A stretch of DNA of 64,000 nucleotides. Origin: Stegostoma tigrinum. Its lineage: Eukaryota. A program made the translations under genes and the position numbers. Of this stretch, positions 11,454 to 24,050 are shown one piece after another. The stretch covers positions 12,558,606 through 12,622,605 of the forward strand of contig NC_081385.1 in the NCBI RefSeq assembly GCF_030684315.1. The letters run 5' to 3'. Below the pieces are notes generated by a model. The model did not search any database. It worked only from the letters and a program-made list of their open reading frames with translations, and was not told the DNA's origin. Each line of letters opens with the position of its first letter. The stretch's first letter is position 1.

Positions 11454-14400
11454 CTGGACAAGACGACACTTCACGTTAAATGCAAGTAAGTTGGCAAGGT
11501 CAAACATCAACCACTAAACTAACATCAATGTAGTATTCAGAGTAATGTAATTAAGGACAATTCTATAAACCCCGTAAAATGAAACAAAGAACTGAAGATG
11601 CTGGAAATCTGAATGAAAAACAGAAGTTGCTGGAGAAACTCAGCAGGGTCAACATTTCGAATCCTGTGACACTTCTTCAGAACTGTTCAAAATGTTAACT
11701 GTTTTCCCTCTACAGATGCTGCCAGAACTGCTGAGTTTCTCCAGCAACTTGTTTCAGCACCCTTTAAGTTTCCAATGTTGTTTACATCCTCAATGTTTGG
11801 ATGCCCTTAATTAGCTGTCACCTCACTAATATTACAGTTTGTATAACAAAAACAAAGAACATATGCATGGGAAAGGGAGTTTGTTGGTCAATCTTAAAGG
11901 GCATGGGAGTAATCTTCAAAGTTATTTATCTTCTAAAAGCATAGCGTGACTTACAAATGGATTGCAAAGTATTTTTAGTTGTTTTAATTAGTTAATAGGA
12001 AGGTACTTTTGCCACATTGGTACATTAACGGACTACTAATTAATGTAAGTAAGAAATGAACATGTTTAAAGGTGACAGATCTTGTATCATTGGAAGTAAG
12101 AACGATGTGCCCTTTCGGTTCGAAGAAGGGCCTAGGCCTGAAGTGTCAGCTTCCCTGCTCCTCTGATGTTGCTTGGCCTGCTGTGTTCATCCAGCCATAC
12201 ACCTTGTTATCTCAGATTCTCCAGCATCAGCACTTCCTACTATCTCCAGGATAAGATACTTCAATTAAGTTTTTTCAATCACTCCTCCATTCCTAATTGT
12301 CCCAGAGAATTGAACTGTTAAAGTCATTGGGAGAGAGGGACACTCCCTGGCCAGTTACAAAGGGAGCTATGGGATTTAGAATAGTGATAGTGAAGAGACA
12401 GCACTGCAGTCTCAAGTCAGGATAGTAAGAGACTCGGAGAGGAGCTGCTGTATTGACCATTGTTGTTTCCAATGGCAAATCTAATTTCATTCTTTCAGAT
12501 TTTGTAGTGGTTTTTATAAAACTGCACAGTTGTTTTAAGGTGCAGTTGACAGCCTGGAGTGTCATAAGATTTTCCTTCCCTGAGGGTATTCACAAACCAG
12601 ATGAGTTTTTAACAACAATCAACTTGGTTACAAAGTTAGACTAGCTTGTAATTCCATATTTTTTTTTTAAATTCAAATTTCACCACCTCCCATTCCGGGA
12701 TTTGAACCCCTGGGATTTCCAGATTATTAACAGTGATATTACCACTATGCCACTGCCTTCGTCCCGTGAACGGGCTAAAGAAGCTGAGATGCCTCTCCTT
12801 AGAGCAGAAAAGGTTAAAGAGGTTTAACAGCGGTTATGAGTTTTGAGGAAACAATAAGGAAAAACTGTTTCCATTGGCAGGAGGGTCAGTTACCAGACTC
12901 TCAAATTTAAGATAATTAACAAAAGAATCAGGGAGTTTCTTTTGCAGCAAGTTGTCATGATCTGGGATGTACTGCAGAAGAAATGCTGATAATGATCCAA
13001 TAATCATTTCAAAATGGAATTGGATGTTGGAAAGGAAACATCTGCAAAGGTCTGTTGAAAGAGCAGACACAGTACAACTGTTCTTCCAAAATGCTGACAA
13101 AAGTCTGCAAGAAAGCACCATTACAGAAACATATGAAATAGCAGCAGGAGTAGGACATCTGGCCCATCAAACCCGCTCTGCCATACAATAAGATCAGGGC
13201 TGATCTAATCATGGACTCAGCTCCACTTACCCGACCACTCACCAAAACCTTTAATTCCTCTCCTGCTCAAAAGTCTATCTATCTTTGCTCATTTTAGCTA
13301 GTTTCCTAGAGGATGCAAACACCAGATTCGAACATCATTCTGAGATACTATTAATGCTGGGGTCTGGGGTGGAGCCTGTTAAACTGCTGCTAAGGACATG
13401 GAGAGTGAACAATATAGTGTCAGCAAAAAGCAAGACTCCATCTGAAGGACATGAGTAAACCAGACACTCTCCCAATAACCTTGCAACTTTCAAGCTCATT
13501 TCTGTCCTGGTGATGTCCAGATTTATTTAATTCTCTCCCATGAACGATCACAATGGAATTTGAGAATGTAACTTGCAGGTTGTAAATACACCTATAAATA
13601 TGTACCAATCTGGATAAGTCAATTCTAATTTTGAGTGGCTGATGGGTTATAGAAATATAACTAGGGTGCCAATTCCGATCACAATGCAACATCACGAGCT
13701 GGAATCTGGTCTCCCTTGTCAAAGAGCCTGCCAGCAAGATCTGTTGAGGTTTATAGGTGATAAGTAATCATTCGGCCAGGCTGAGAGGTAGAGGTCACAT
13801 CACCAGACTGACAATCTGGAGTCCTAAGTATTCTAAGGAATGAGTTTGAAAACACCTCATTAGACAGTGAAATTTTAATTTTAGTGTTGAATTAAAAGCT
13901 AATTTAGTTCTAATTGTGACAATGTAAAGATTGCCATGAAAAGCTCACCTGGTTCACTCTAGTCCTTAAGGGAAGGAAATCTACCACGCTGGCCTACATT
14001 CAATTCTTAACTGCCCTCTGAAATTGTCTATCCAGGCCAAGGGCAGTAAAAGATGGGCAATAAATGCCTAGCCCAGCTTGTAATGTTTTACTTCCCATGA
14101 AAGTACTTTCAAAAATTCAATCTAACTATCAGCAAGAGGAGTACAGGTGCAGAGGGACATCAGATTCCCATGAATGATTCTCTGAAGGTGGCCAGGCATG
14201 CTAAAACACACTAAAACACACTTGTTAAGATGAGTAAAGGATCCTTGGGTTTATAAGCAGAGGCATAGTGTATGAAAGCAAGGAATTGATGCTACAACTC
14301 TACAAATCTGGGCACTTTATTTAAGGAAGGATTTTAAAACCCTGGAGAGAGTTTGAAGATTTACTAGAATGACACCAGGAAAAAGAAATTTCAAACATAA

Positions 14401-15222
14401 GGAAATATTACAAAAATTGGACTTATTCTGCATGGAGAAGAGAACATTAAGAGGTGATTTTATTGAGGTGTTCAAAATTATCAACAATTGTGTCAGGGTA
14501 AAGAGGATATTCTGTTTCCATGAGGTGACGTATCAGAGACTAGGGATCACATTTTAAGATTGTTAGCCAGACAGCTAGGAGTGAGATGAGGAGAAACTTC
14601 TCTCCTCAGAGCTGATGGAATTTGGAATGTGCTTGATGGGGGATTGGTGGAGGCAGAGTTTTTAAAAGAGAGCTGGATATATATTCGAAAGTGATTAATT
14701 TAGATGACTAATGGAGAATGGCACTAGCCGGGTAGCTCTTTCAGGAGCTGATATAAATACAGTTGGTCAAATGGCCTCCTTCTGTGCCGTACAATTCGAT
14801 AATTCTATATCCTGGTATCCATGAAACCCACAGCCTGCACCTACAGGAAAGATGAACTAATCAAAAGAAACAGTGGACTCTCTGACATGAATAACTTCAA
14901 AAGCACAACTGGGCTGAATGGGGATGATGGTAGCAAGCACTTTCTTACACGAAGATGTGTGAAAATCTGGAATGCTCTCCAAATAAAAAAAGTCACTAAG
15001 ACTCAAACGATTAAATTAAGTTTCAAAACCAGGATTGACGGATTTTTGTTATCGAGGATATTAAAGGGGTGTGCAGCAAAGGCAATAAAAATGGAGTTGA
15101 GGTGATTGAACTAAATAGCAGTGCAGGCCCAGGAGTGAAATGACATATTTCTGTTCCTCACGCTCCTCAGATCAGGTGAGCAACCAAAGCTTAGTACTCT
15201 TCTATTTTTAAAATGAAAGCAC

Positions 15223-15357
15223 CTTGTTGGTTTGCAGAACTCTTGCATGGAACCAAGCAGGTAAAACATGTAGCCAAAGATAAGCGTAGGAGCGAATGGC
15301 ATAGGCTGGAGAATATTCCCAGGTCTGGAATCCTGTTCCATACAGCAAAAAATGTGT
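15223..15357 (-). CDS. ALG9: ALG9 coding exon 3
   Basis: ttcacag acceptor, GT donor, 135 nt. THFLLYGTGFQTWEYSPAYAIRSYAYLWLHVLPAWFHARVLQTNK. Confidence 0.97.
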
Positions 15358-15904
15358 CTGTGAACAAAGAAATGAGATGTGAGTAACCAGATTAATTATC
15401 TCCAAGTAGGTCATATTTTCTCCTTTCCTGACCCTTCCTAAAGCTTTGGTTTTTTTTAAAATACAATGTAAAATAACCCCATTGCAAGTTACATAAATTA
15501 TGATTTTGTTACAGTGCAATTTTAGTGTGTTTTAGTCAACCTTCAGTCACAGTATTCTCTTCTGGCAGCCCGCCCCCTTATTCCATATATTTACTGGTGC
15601 CACAGATCATCACTGATTCAGTCAAAACCAGCAAATGCTCTTTTCCATCCGTGTACTTTTTCTGTCTTTTTCCCTTCAATCCAGCAAAGTGCTTTAACTA
15701 TTAGCGTCACTGGTTGAGAACAGGTTCATCTGCAAACTCAAAAGGGACTGAACTATGTCTTCAGACAGTTTACATAATGTACTAAAGCATGTGGGTGAGG
15801 ACAGGAGAGAGAACACCCTCAAGGGGCTGTTCAGTAAACATCTACTGAACCAAAAAAAGCCAGTATTAAACACTGAGCAATTACACATTGCAACTAACTG
15901 AGAC

Positions 15905-16762
15905 AGCAGAATATAGATAGGCTGGAGAGTTGGGCAGATAAATGGCAAATGGAGTTCAATCCGGGCAAATGCGAGGTGATGCATTTTGGAAGATCAAATT
16001 CAAGGGCGAACTATACAGTAAATGGAAAAGTCCTCAGGAAAATTGATGAACAGAGAGAGATCTGGGTGTTCAGGTCCATTGTTCCCTGAAGGTGACAACG
16101 CAGGCCAATAGGGTGGTCAAGAAGGCATATGGCATGCTTTCCTTCATTGGGCGGGGTATTGAGTACAAGAGTTGGCAGGTCATGTTGCAGTTGTATAGGA
16201 CTTTGGTTTGGCCACATTTGGAGTACTGTGTACAGTTCTGGTCGCCACATTACCAAAAGGATGTGGATGCTTTGGAGAGGGTGCAGAGGAGGTTCACCAG
16301 GATGTTGCCTGGTATGGAGGGTGCTAGCTATGAAGAGAGGTTGAATAGATTAGGATTTTTTCATTAGAAAGACGGAGATTGAGGGGGGACCTGATTGAGG
16401 TCTACAAAATCATGAGGGGTATAGACAGGATGGATAGCAAGAAACTTTTTCCCAGAATGGGAGACTCAATTACTAGGGGTCATGAGTTCAAAGTGAGAGG
16501 AGGAAAGTTTAAGGGAGATACGCGTGGAAAGTTCTTCACACAGAGGGTGGTGGGTGCCTGGAACACGTTGCCAGCGGAGGTGGTAGACGCAGACATGTTA
16601 GCGTCTTTTAAGATATATCTGGACAGGTACATGGACGGGCAGGGAGCAAATGGACACAGACCGTTAGAAAACAGATGACAAGTTAGACAGAGGATCTTGA
16701 TCGGTGCAGGCTTGTAGGGCCGAAGGGCCTGTTCCTGTGTTGTAGGTTTCTTTGTTTCTTTG
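15905..16762 (+). mobile_element. Relatively young 5'-truncated CR1-like (HER1-type) LINE
   Basis: ORF2 C-terminal motifs LYRTLVWPHLEYCVQFWSPHY, LERVQRRFTRM, RGDLIEVYKIM, FFTQRVV. ttctttg-type tail. Confidence 0.92.
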
Positions 16763-16927
16763 AGACAAAAGTTTCAAAGGTTACTGCAATCAAGTTACGG
16801 TAATTAAAAAAAACCTCAAATTTGTCTTTACTTTAGCATCACATCTTCTAGCATTACTAAACATTAAAGAAACTAACTTCAAACAGCTTTCTAATAGCAA
16901 TTGTAAAATGCAGATTGCAAAACTTAC

Positions 16928-17066
16928 TGGTTCCCAATAGTTGAATGTTTCATCGCAGTCTGAAATGTTACTGAGTAATGCTGCGCAGAACCTTGCAGAG
17001 ATGAGACATTTAAAGGCTGTCGAACCCTCGGGTGCCCACACTTGTCCTGCTTTAGCACCTGATTGC
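16928..17066 (-). CDS. ALG9: ALG9 coding exon 2
   Basis: cctttccag acceptor, GTAAGT donor, 139 nt. QSGAKAGQVWAPEGSTAFKCLISARFCAALLSNISDCDETFNYWEP contains the Glyco_transf_22 DCDETFNYWEP motif. Confidence 0.97.
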
Positions 17067-19084
17067 CTGGAAAGGGGCAAATATCGATGGTAAGGGGAAA
17101 TAAAGTGGGCTGGGCACAAGCTAAGAGATTAAAGGAATGACAGGATTTGGTACAGTACATAGAACAGTAAACTGTTAGAAAAGCAACAAGACCATCTTAT
17201 GTCAATATATTTTCTTCTCTTATAATAATGACTCAAAATACTTAACCAAGTGGACTGCTTGTTGCAACATGGATTTTTTAATCAGGCACATTTGGCAACT
17301 TGTTTGTGATTCATGATAAATCCCTTTACTTTTAGTTATATTGTTTCAAGGGATAAATGTTGGTTAGGACACCAGGGGATTTCTCTGGACCTCTTCGATT
17401 TACATCAGGTGATCACAACAAGTGAAGTGGCCTCACTTTAACAATGCATTCAAAGGATAGTGTCTCCAATCATGTATCCACACTCCTGGTCACTTCATAG
17501 GACAGAAATTCATTTTGCTGAAAGAGAAGGCATTCAGTCAAAGCTTATCACCTTGTGTTCTTCAGGAAAGATGCATGAGTTGAAAACTTCAAAGCAAACA
17601 AGTTATACTGCAGGAGAATTATTGTGCTGATTGGTTGGCATGTGGAGTCTGATGTAAAATTGCTAGTCCCTTTGTAGACTTGGTATTCTCGAATCTGTCC
17701 TGATGAGTGAGAATGAAAAGCTTCAGCATATCATTCTATTAAGCAACATTTCTGCTTCTGTGTCACACCAGTCATTTGTCTATAATTCAGCAAAATATGA
17801 TTAGATTCCAACGTTATATATAACTGTCAATTACAAAGGTACCACTTCAACCACATGAAGTCTGCCATATGTTCCAGTCAGTAAAAGCTTTTCATCTGTA
17901 TTCAAGTGTAGTTATCCTCTATTTTACATTGCAGATACTGATTTATAGTTCAAAAATTTCATACTGATAATGGATCTCAAGTAAAGAGCTGCAAAAATCA
18001 CTAAACTTTGAAGGTATGAAACCCCTAGGATTCAGAAGATGACACTGACAAATGGAGTCTCCTTACCATCTTGAAAGTAAGAGAGGTATCACACTGCCCT
18101 GATAAATAGATCACTGACAGCAACAGACTAAGTGTAGTATCTCTCTCTCTCTACAGAATGGATACAGAGACAAGGTTGACTTGGTAAACTGATTAATATG
18201 GAGAAAAAGCACTGTGTTGCAATAGTAAGTGTCAGAAGAGAACATGGCCTCTGGTCTTACACCACTCCATGAAATATTAACTATTTAACATCACCAACGA
18301 TCTCTCAAGTGCTGCTTAATTACAGCATTGTAATTGGCAGAGTACAAACTGCAGTCATTTAACCCATGCTAGCAAAACCCAAAAAGCAAAATCTGCTAGA
18401 CATGAATTGGGCACCACTAGCTGAACAATTTTGATTGCATTAATTTGTAATATTTATGCTTGCTTGGAGGTACATATATTCATTGGCAGCAACCCATTCC
18501 TCGCAAATCAAAGGAATAGCTCGAAAACTTATGCCTGTTTTGGCTTACACATGAGCTTGGGCACTCTACAGTTCCCCATTACCTTACCCATTGCATCACG
18601 TCAGCCAATCAGAGTCACTTACAAACTAATTAACACTGTTCTCTTGAAGTATAAAATTACTATGATCCTTTGAAATTTGGCATTCTTGCACTTATCCTGA
18701 TGCAAGCAAGGCAAAAGTGTTCAGCCACAAGTTTCTCTTTGGTGGCTTTCCCTTTAATTTTCCACTTACTTTGAATGTATCCAGGTATATGAAAAATATT
18801 TGAAAAAGGTCTTTTTGAGCAATGCAATTACATGACAAGAGGAGGAGGAAGAAGCCAATTGCTGTCAATATTGCTCTTTAGCCCTTTGGGATACAAGAGA
18901 TTAAAGCAACTTTGTACTTCCTCATGAAAAATGATCCAATCTGTATTCAACCAAATTACAGGGTCAGCAAGACTATTGCAAGCCATGAGTCTCAACTTGT
19001 CTCTTCCCTCTCCACGTGCAAGTACATTAGACACACAGCTCGGAAGACTTCACTGTCTTATTACTATTTAAATTGCAAGTTATA

Positions 19085-20455
19085 GAGTCATTGAGATGCA
19101 TGGCACAGAAACAGATGCTTTGGTCCAACTTGTCCATGCCGACCAGACAACCTAGATAAATCCAGATCCATCTGTCAGCATCTGAAAAATATCCCTCTTA
19201 ACCCTTCCAATTCATACACCCATCCAGGTATCTTTTAAATGTTGTAATTGTACCAGCCTCCACCACTGTCTGGCAGCTCATTCCATACATGCACCAAACT
19301 CCACGCGAAAAAGTTGCCTTTAGGTCCCCTTTAAATCCTTCCCCTCCCATCTTAAACCTATGCCCTCTATTTTTTTGATTCCCCAAAAATACCTTGTCTA
19401 TTTACCCTATCCATGCCACCCATGATTTCATAAAATGCTATAAAGTCACCCCACAGCCTTCGATGCTTCAGGAAAAATAGCCCCAGCCTATTCAGCCTCT
19501 CTCTATAGCTTAAGCTCTCCACACCTGACAAAATTCTTGTAAATACTTTCTGAACCCTTTCAAGTTTCACAACATCCTTTGTATAGCAGAATTGCACACA
19601 GTATTCCAAAACCAATGTCCTGTATGGCCACAATATGACCTCCCAACTCCTACACTCAATGTTCTGACCAATAAAGGTATGCGTACCAAACACTTTCTTC
19701 GCTATCCCATCTACCTGCAACTCCACTTTCAAGGAACAAAGAGCCAGCACTCAAAGGTCTCTTTAATCAGCAAGACTCCCCAGGTCTTATCATTAAGTGT
19801 ATAAGTCCTGTCCTGCCCTGATTTGCATTTCCAAAATGCAGCACCTCACATTTATCTAAATTAAACTCTATCCGCCACTCCTCAGCCATTGGCCCATGTG
19901 ATCAAGATCTCACTGTACTCTGAGGTAAACATCTTCCATGTCCAATGCACATCCAATGTTGGTGTTATTTGCAAACCTACTAACCATACCTCCTATGTTC
20001 ACATCCAAATCACTTATATAAATGATGAAAAGCATTGGACCCAGCACTGATCCTTGTGGCACACCACTGGTCACAGCCCTCCAGTCTGAAAAGCAACCCT
20101 TCACCACCAAGCTCCTTCTCCTACCTCCAAGTGACTTCTGTATCCAAATGGCTACTTCTCCCCATATTCCATGTAATCTACCCTTCCTAACTAATCTGCC
20201 ATGGGGAACTTTGTTGAACGCATTAGTGAAGTCCATATAGATCGTAACTACCACTCTGCACTCATCAATCCTCTTCCTTGCTTCTGCCAGGAAAACTCAA
20301 TCAAGTAAGTGAGACATGATTTCCCAAGTATAAAGCCATGTTGTCTCTCCCTAAACAGTCTTTGCCTTTCCCTCAGAATTCCGTCCAACAACGCATCAGC
20401 AAGGGACCCAGCAATCACTACCCACAGAGTCCGAGGGTACATCTGATCAGGTCCC
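19085..20455 (-). mobile_element. Decayed CR1-like LINE (RT fragment plus 3' end)
   Basis: YMDFTNAFNKVP, VTSGVPQGSVLGP and decayed FADD (FANN) motifs, with frameshifts. Confidence 0.9.
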
Positions 20456-20790
20456 CCAAGTTCAGCCTAAGAACTATCAAAAATGTTAATCAGAAACCTG
20501 CAGTCACTTGATTCTGGTACAGCAAGAAGCAGAGGGCATGGAGCAGCTGTGAAGAAACCAATAATTAATTCTGACAACTTAAAAGAGGCTGAAATCTCCA
20601 AGGATATATTCAAATAGGGTTGGCAACAGATTTTTACCTTAAGGGTCACCACACCTTAGGCAAGGAGAGAGATTCAGAAGGGAGGTACTTCTTGGTAACC
20701 TCAGCCAGAGTGGGAATTGAACGTATGCTGTAGGTATCACTATGCATCACAAACCAGCCATTCAGCCAACTGAGTTACCCAACAACCATA

Positions 20791-20932
20791 ATAACAAAGT
20801 GTGGAGCTGGATGAACACAGCAGGCCAAGCAGCATCTCAGGAGCTCCTGAGATGCTGCTTGGCCTGCTGTGTTCATCCAGCTACACACTTTGTTATCTTG
20901 GATTCTCCAGCATTTGCAGTTCCCATTATCTC
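20791..20932. mobile_element. PLE-derived element forming a loopless ~106-bp palindrome
   Basis: Arms 20791-20843 and 20844-20896, centred on gagctc, with one mismatch. Confidence 0.85.
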
Positions 20933-21038
20933 TAACCAACAACCATGCCACATTTGCCAACAGTGTTTTTTTGTACAGGACTCACCCCTGTTAGAATTGA
21001 AAATTAAGGCTGATAATTTGCGTGTAGCAAGGTCACTC

Positions 21039-21069
21039 ACACAGACACAGACAGAAACATACACACACA

Positions 21070-21107
<38 letters not shown>
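21039..21107. repeat. (CA)n microsatellite, interrupted
   Basis: Direct observation. Confidence 0.95.
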
Positions 21108-21111
<4 letters not shown>

Positions 21112-21837
21112 AATGACAGTGACACTTTTGTTTGATCAATCCCTTCCCTGAGGGTCTGACTCAATCTGACAGCGTAATTCCACAAGGACCCTTGGTCCTC
21201 TAAGGGAGCAAAATGGGGTCAGATATCACATACACGTTCAATTCATCTGGACCCAATGCCAAGAGCTGATATGCTTCACTCTCATTGTTGGAGGATGCGG
21301 AGGCCAATTGTCAGGTCCTACCCCAAATAAAACAAGATGATGCAACACGAGGGGATAGGTGAGAGGAAGAACAGGTTAGGCAGGCGGGGATGAGCTGGGC
21401 TGGTTTTGGGATGCCATGGCGGGGGAGGGAAGCTCCTAAGATGTTGCTTGGCCTGCTGTGTTCATCCAGCCCCTCACTTTGTTATCTATGATGCAATACA
21501 GACTGAGGATTAAACATGGGATGCAGAAATTCCAAGTGTTCCACATTTGCAAGTTCTGGCTATTTCAACGAAGATAGGTCAGAACCATTTTTCTCCACCT
21601 TCACCATACCTACTATATTCTCCCTTTTCACAGCTAATCTGCCTTGAATTATTTGAAGTCTTGGCCCCATTCATCATTTTCAATTGTACCCATCACAACC
21701 TTTGCCAATGAGCAGCCCATTAACATACAGACCTAAATGTAAACAGACGCCAAGTGTAAAAGAAAGGGCAGCAGCTGCGTAAAATTATGCAATATGTGAC
21801 ACACAGAGAGGCCATTCAGCCTAACCAGCCCATGACA

Positions 21838-22170
21838 GGGGAGGCAATGGCCTAGTGGTATTATTGCTAGACTGTTACTCTAGAGATCTAGGTTCAAATC
21901 CCATCATGGCAGATGCTGGAATTTGAATTCCATAATAATTTGAGATAAAAGAATCTAATGATGACCATGATTCAATTGCCTGCAAAAACCCACCTGGCCC
22001 ACTAATGTCCTTTAGGGAGGGAAATTGCCATCTTTACCTCGTCTAGCCTACATGTGACTCCAGACTCAAAAGAGATTTCAGTGTCTCTTAACTGCCCTCT
22101 GGGCACCTAGGGACAGACAATACATAAAAGCCCAGCCAGCAATGCCCTCTTCTGTGAATGAATAAAAAAG
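21838..22170 (+). mobile_element. tRNA-derived SINE (second family; related copies ~8270-8640, 13780-14110, 29430-29800)
   Basis: A/B-box-like tggcctagtgg...ggttcaaatccc, shared body ggttcactaatgtcctttagggaaggaaa, aataaaaaa tail. Confidence 0.7.
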
Positions 22171-23489
22171 AATTATGCTCCACTCAAACCTCCTCAACTT
22201 TTCTCATCTCAATCAACTAATATAACCAGCTGGTTCTCCCTCCCATCCTGTTTAGTCTTCCCTTCATTGTATCTAATCTCCTTACCTCAACAACCTTCTG
22301 TGCTGCATTCGCATTATTCCTTGGGTGAAGAAGCCTTTTTCTGAATTCCCTAGTGTGTTTCTTGGGGACTATCTGATACTGATGGCCTCCATCTGTGTTC
22401 TTCCTCACAAGGAAGAAATAATTTTAAATACCGCTATTGGGTCTCTCCTCAATTGTCTATTTTTTTGAAATGGAGAATGAAAGCTAGTCCAGCTATAACT
22501 GAATATAATAAGGAAGATTATCACAGCCCTGTGTCTGAGGTTGTGGGTATCCCAGCAAAGACCCAGGAAAACCTCCTCTAAAAGGGAGATTATCACAGAT
22601 CTGCATCCTTGATTGTCTGAATCCCAGCAAAGAAGCAGGTAAACCTCCGTTAGTCTTGCAACTCCTCCCCCAAATGCCAAATGTTCACCAATATCTTAGT
22701 GGTGTTGGAGGTTAGCAGAATGAAACTTGATTTTTTTGAAATATACAAGATTCGAGGAAGTAGACTCTGAGAGGATGTCTCCTTCTTCAGGGTGCACTAA
22801 GAACTAGAATTAAGGGGCATCATTTCAAAGTAAGAGGTCTCCCATTTGACTGAAATTCAGAGAAATTTTGTCTGAGTCATTAGACTTTAGAATGTACTAA
22901 ACAGAGAGAACAAGGGTTGTGTCAATAAATCTAATTCAAGACTGATTTTAAATTCAGATTCTCAGAATTCACTAGAGGCCACTCAGTCCATTCATCCCAT
23001 CTGTATCTGTTCTATTATCTGGTAATCTCCTGCCTTTCTCCATACCCTTTTACACCACTTGTATCCAAGCAATCATCCAATGCCCCTCTTGGATGCTTCA
23101 GTTGAATCTGTCTCCACTTCACTTCCAGGTTGTGCACTACTCGCTACGTGAAAATGGTTTTTTTTTCCTCCTCACACATTATCATTCCTCTTTTGCATTT
23201 CACTTTAAACTGGCATGGGAATAAATGGGGGAGCAGGCAGGAAAGTGGAGGTAAGGCTCCCCTCAGATGAGCCAATATCTTGTTGAACAGCGGGGGCAAG
23301 TTCTAGGGACTAAGTAGCCTACAGTTGCTCCCATTTCTTACGTAGTGCAAAATATATGCTTCTGTTCTTTAAAAAGAATGTAGAATTTAAAAAGGAGAGC
23401 ACTCGCCTAGATAAGCAGGGTCCGTCGGAGTGAAATATCTCTGGATTGAGTGAGTAACAGTGGCATGGATACATTGTAACAATGAATGA

Positions 23490-24050
23490 ATGATTGTAGC
23501 AATGTGGGCGCACAGGCGCAGTGCAGTCACCCCGGGTCGGGGGAGAAGAGTGCCGGCCGCCGGCCCTCCGGTAGCAGCTCAATATTTAACCGGGGAAGCA
23601 GGGTCATCGCTGAGCTGTGCAGCCGGTACACCGGGCCAGGTCAGCCTCGGCCAGCTACTCACCCCTCCCTGCTCTCTGGGCCTCTGTCCTCCGCCTTGCT
23701 CTCCCCTCGGGCCAGCCGGCTGCTCTCTCCCCCGGGAGGCAAGCTCCCGTCCTGCGACTGCCTGCTAGAGGCTGCCCCCCTGCCGCTGGCTCGGTGCCTC
23801 AGCTTCGAGGCCATTGCCTGTCAACCAGGACTACGGTAACCGGCGAGGCTCAGCCCGTCCCTCATACGGCAGTCTCAGAGGCTCAAAATGCACGCTCGGA
23901 GCGGTCGCGTTGCAAAGCTGTTGCTGCATCTATCTGGAGCCCCTTCGGAAAACCAAGCGTGAGCCTCCCGTTGCTGAAAGGCTCGCAGAGAGAAAAAAAG
24001 TTCAGCGCATATTTCTCTTTGGCAGTTGAATACTTAACGCCCGCCGATCT
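23490..24050 (-). promoter_or_regulatory. CpG-island-like ALG9 promoter / first exon region
   Basis: Strong local GC and CpG enrichment around the ALG9 ATG against an AT-rich, CpG-depleted background. Confidence 0.7.
23663..23814 (-). CDS. ALG9: ALG9 alpha-1,2-mannosyltransferase, coding exon 1
   Basis: ATG at 23814 in a CpG-rich region. Translates MASKLRHRASGRGAASSRQSQDGSLPPGGESSRLARGESKAEDRGPESRE, then a GTGAGT donor. 152 nt, phase 2, in frame with exon 2. Confidence 0.85.
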
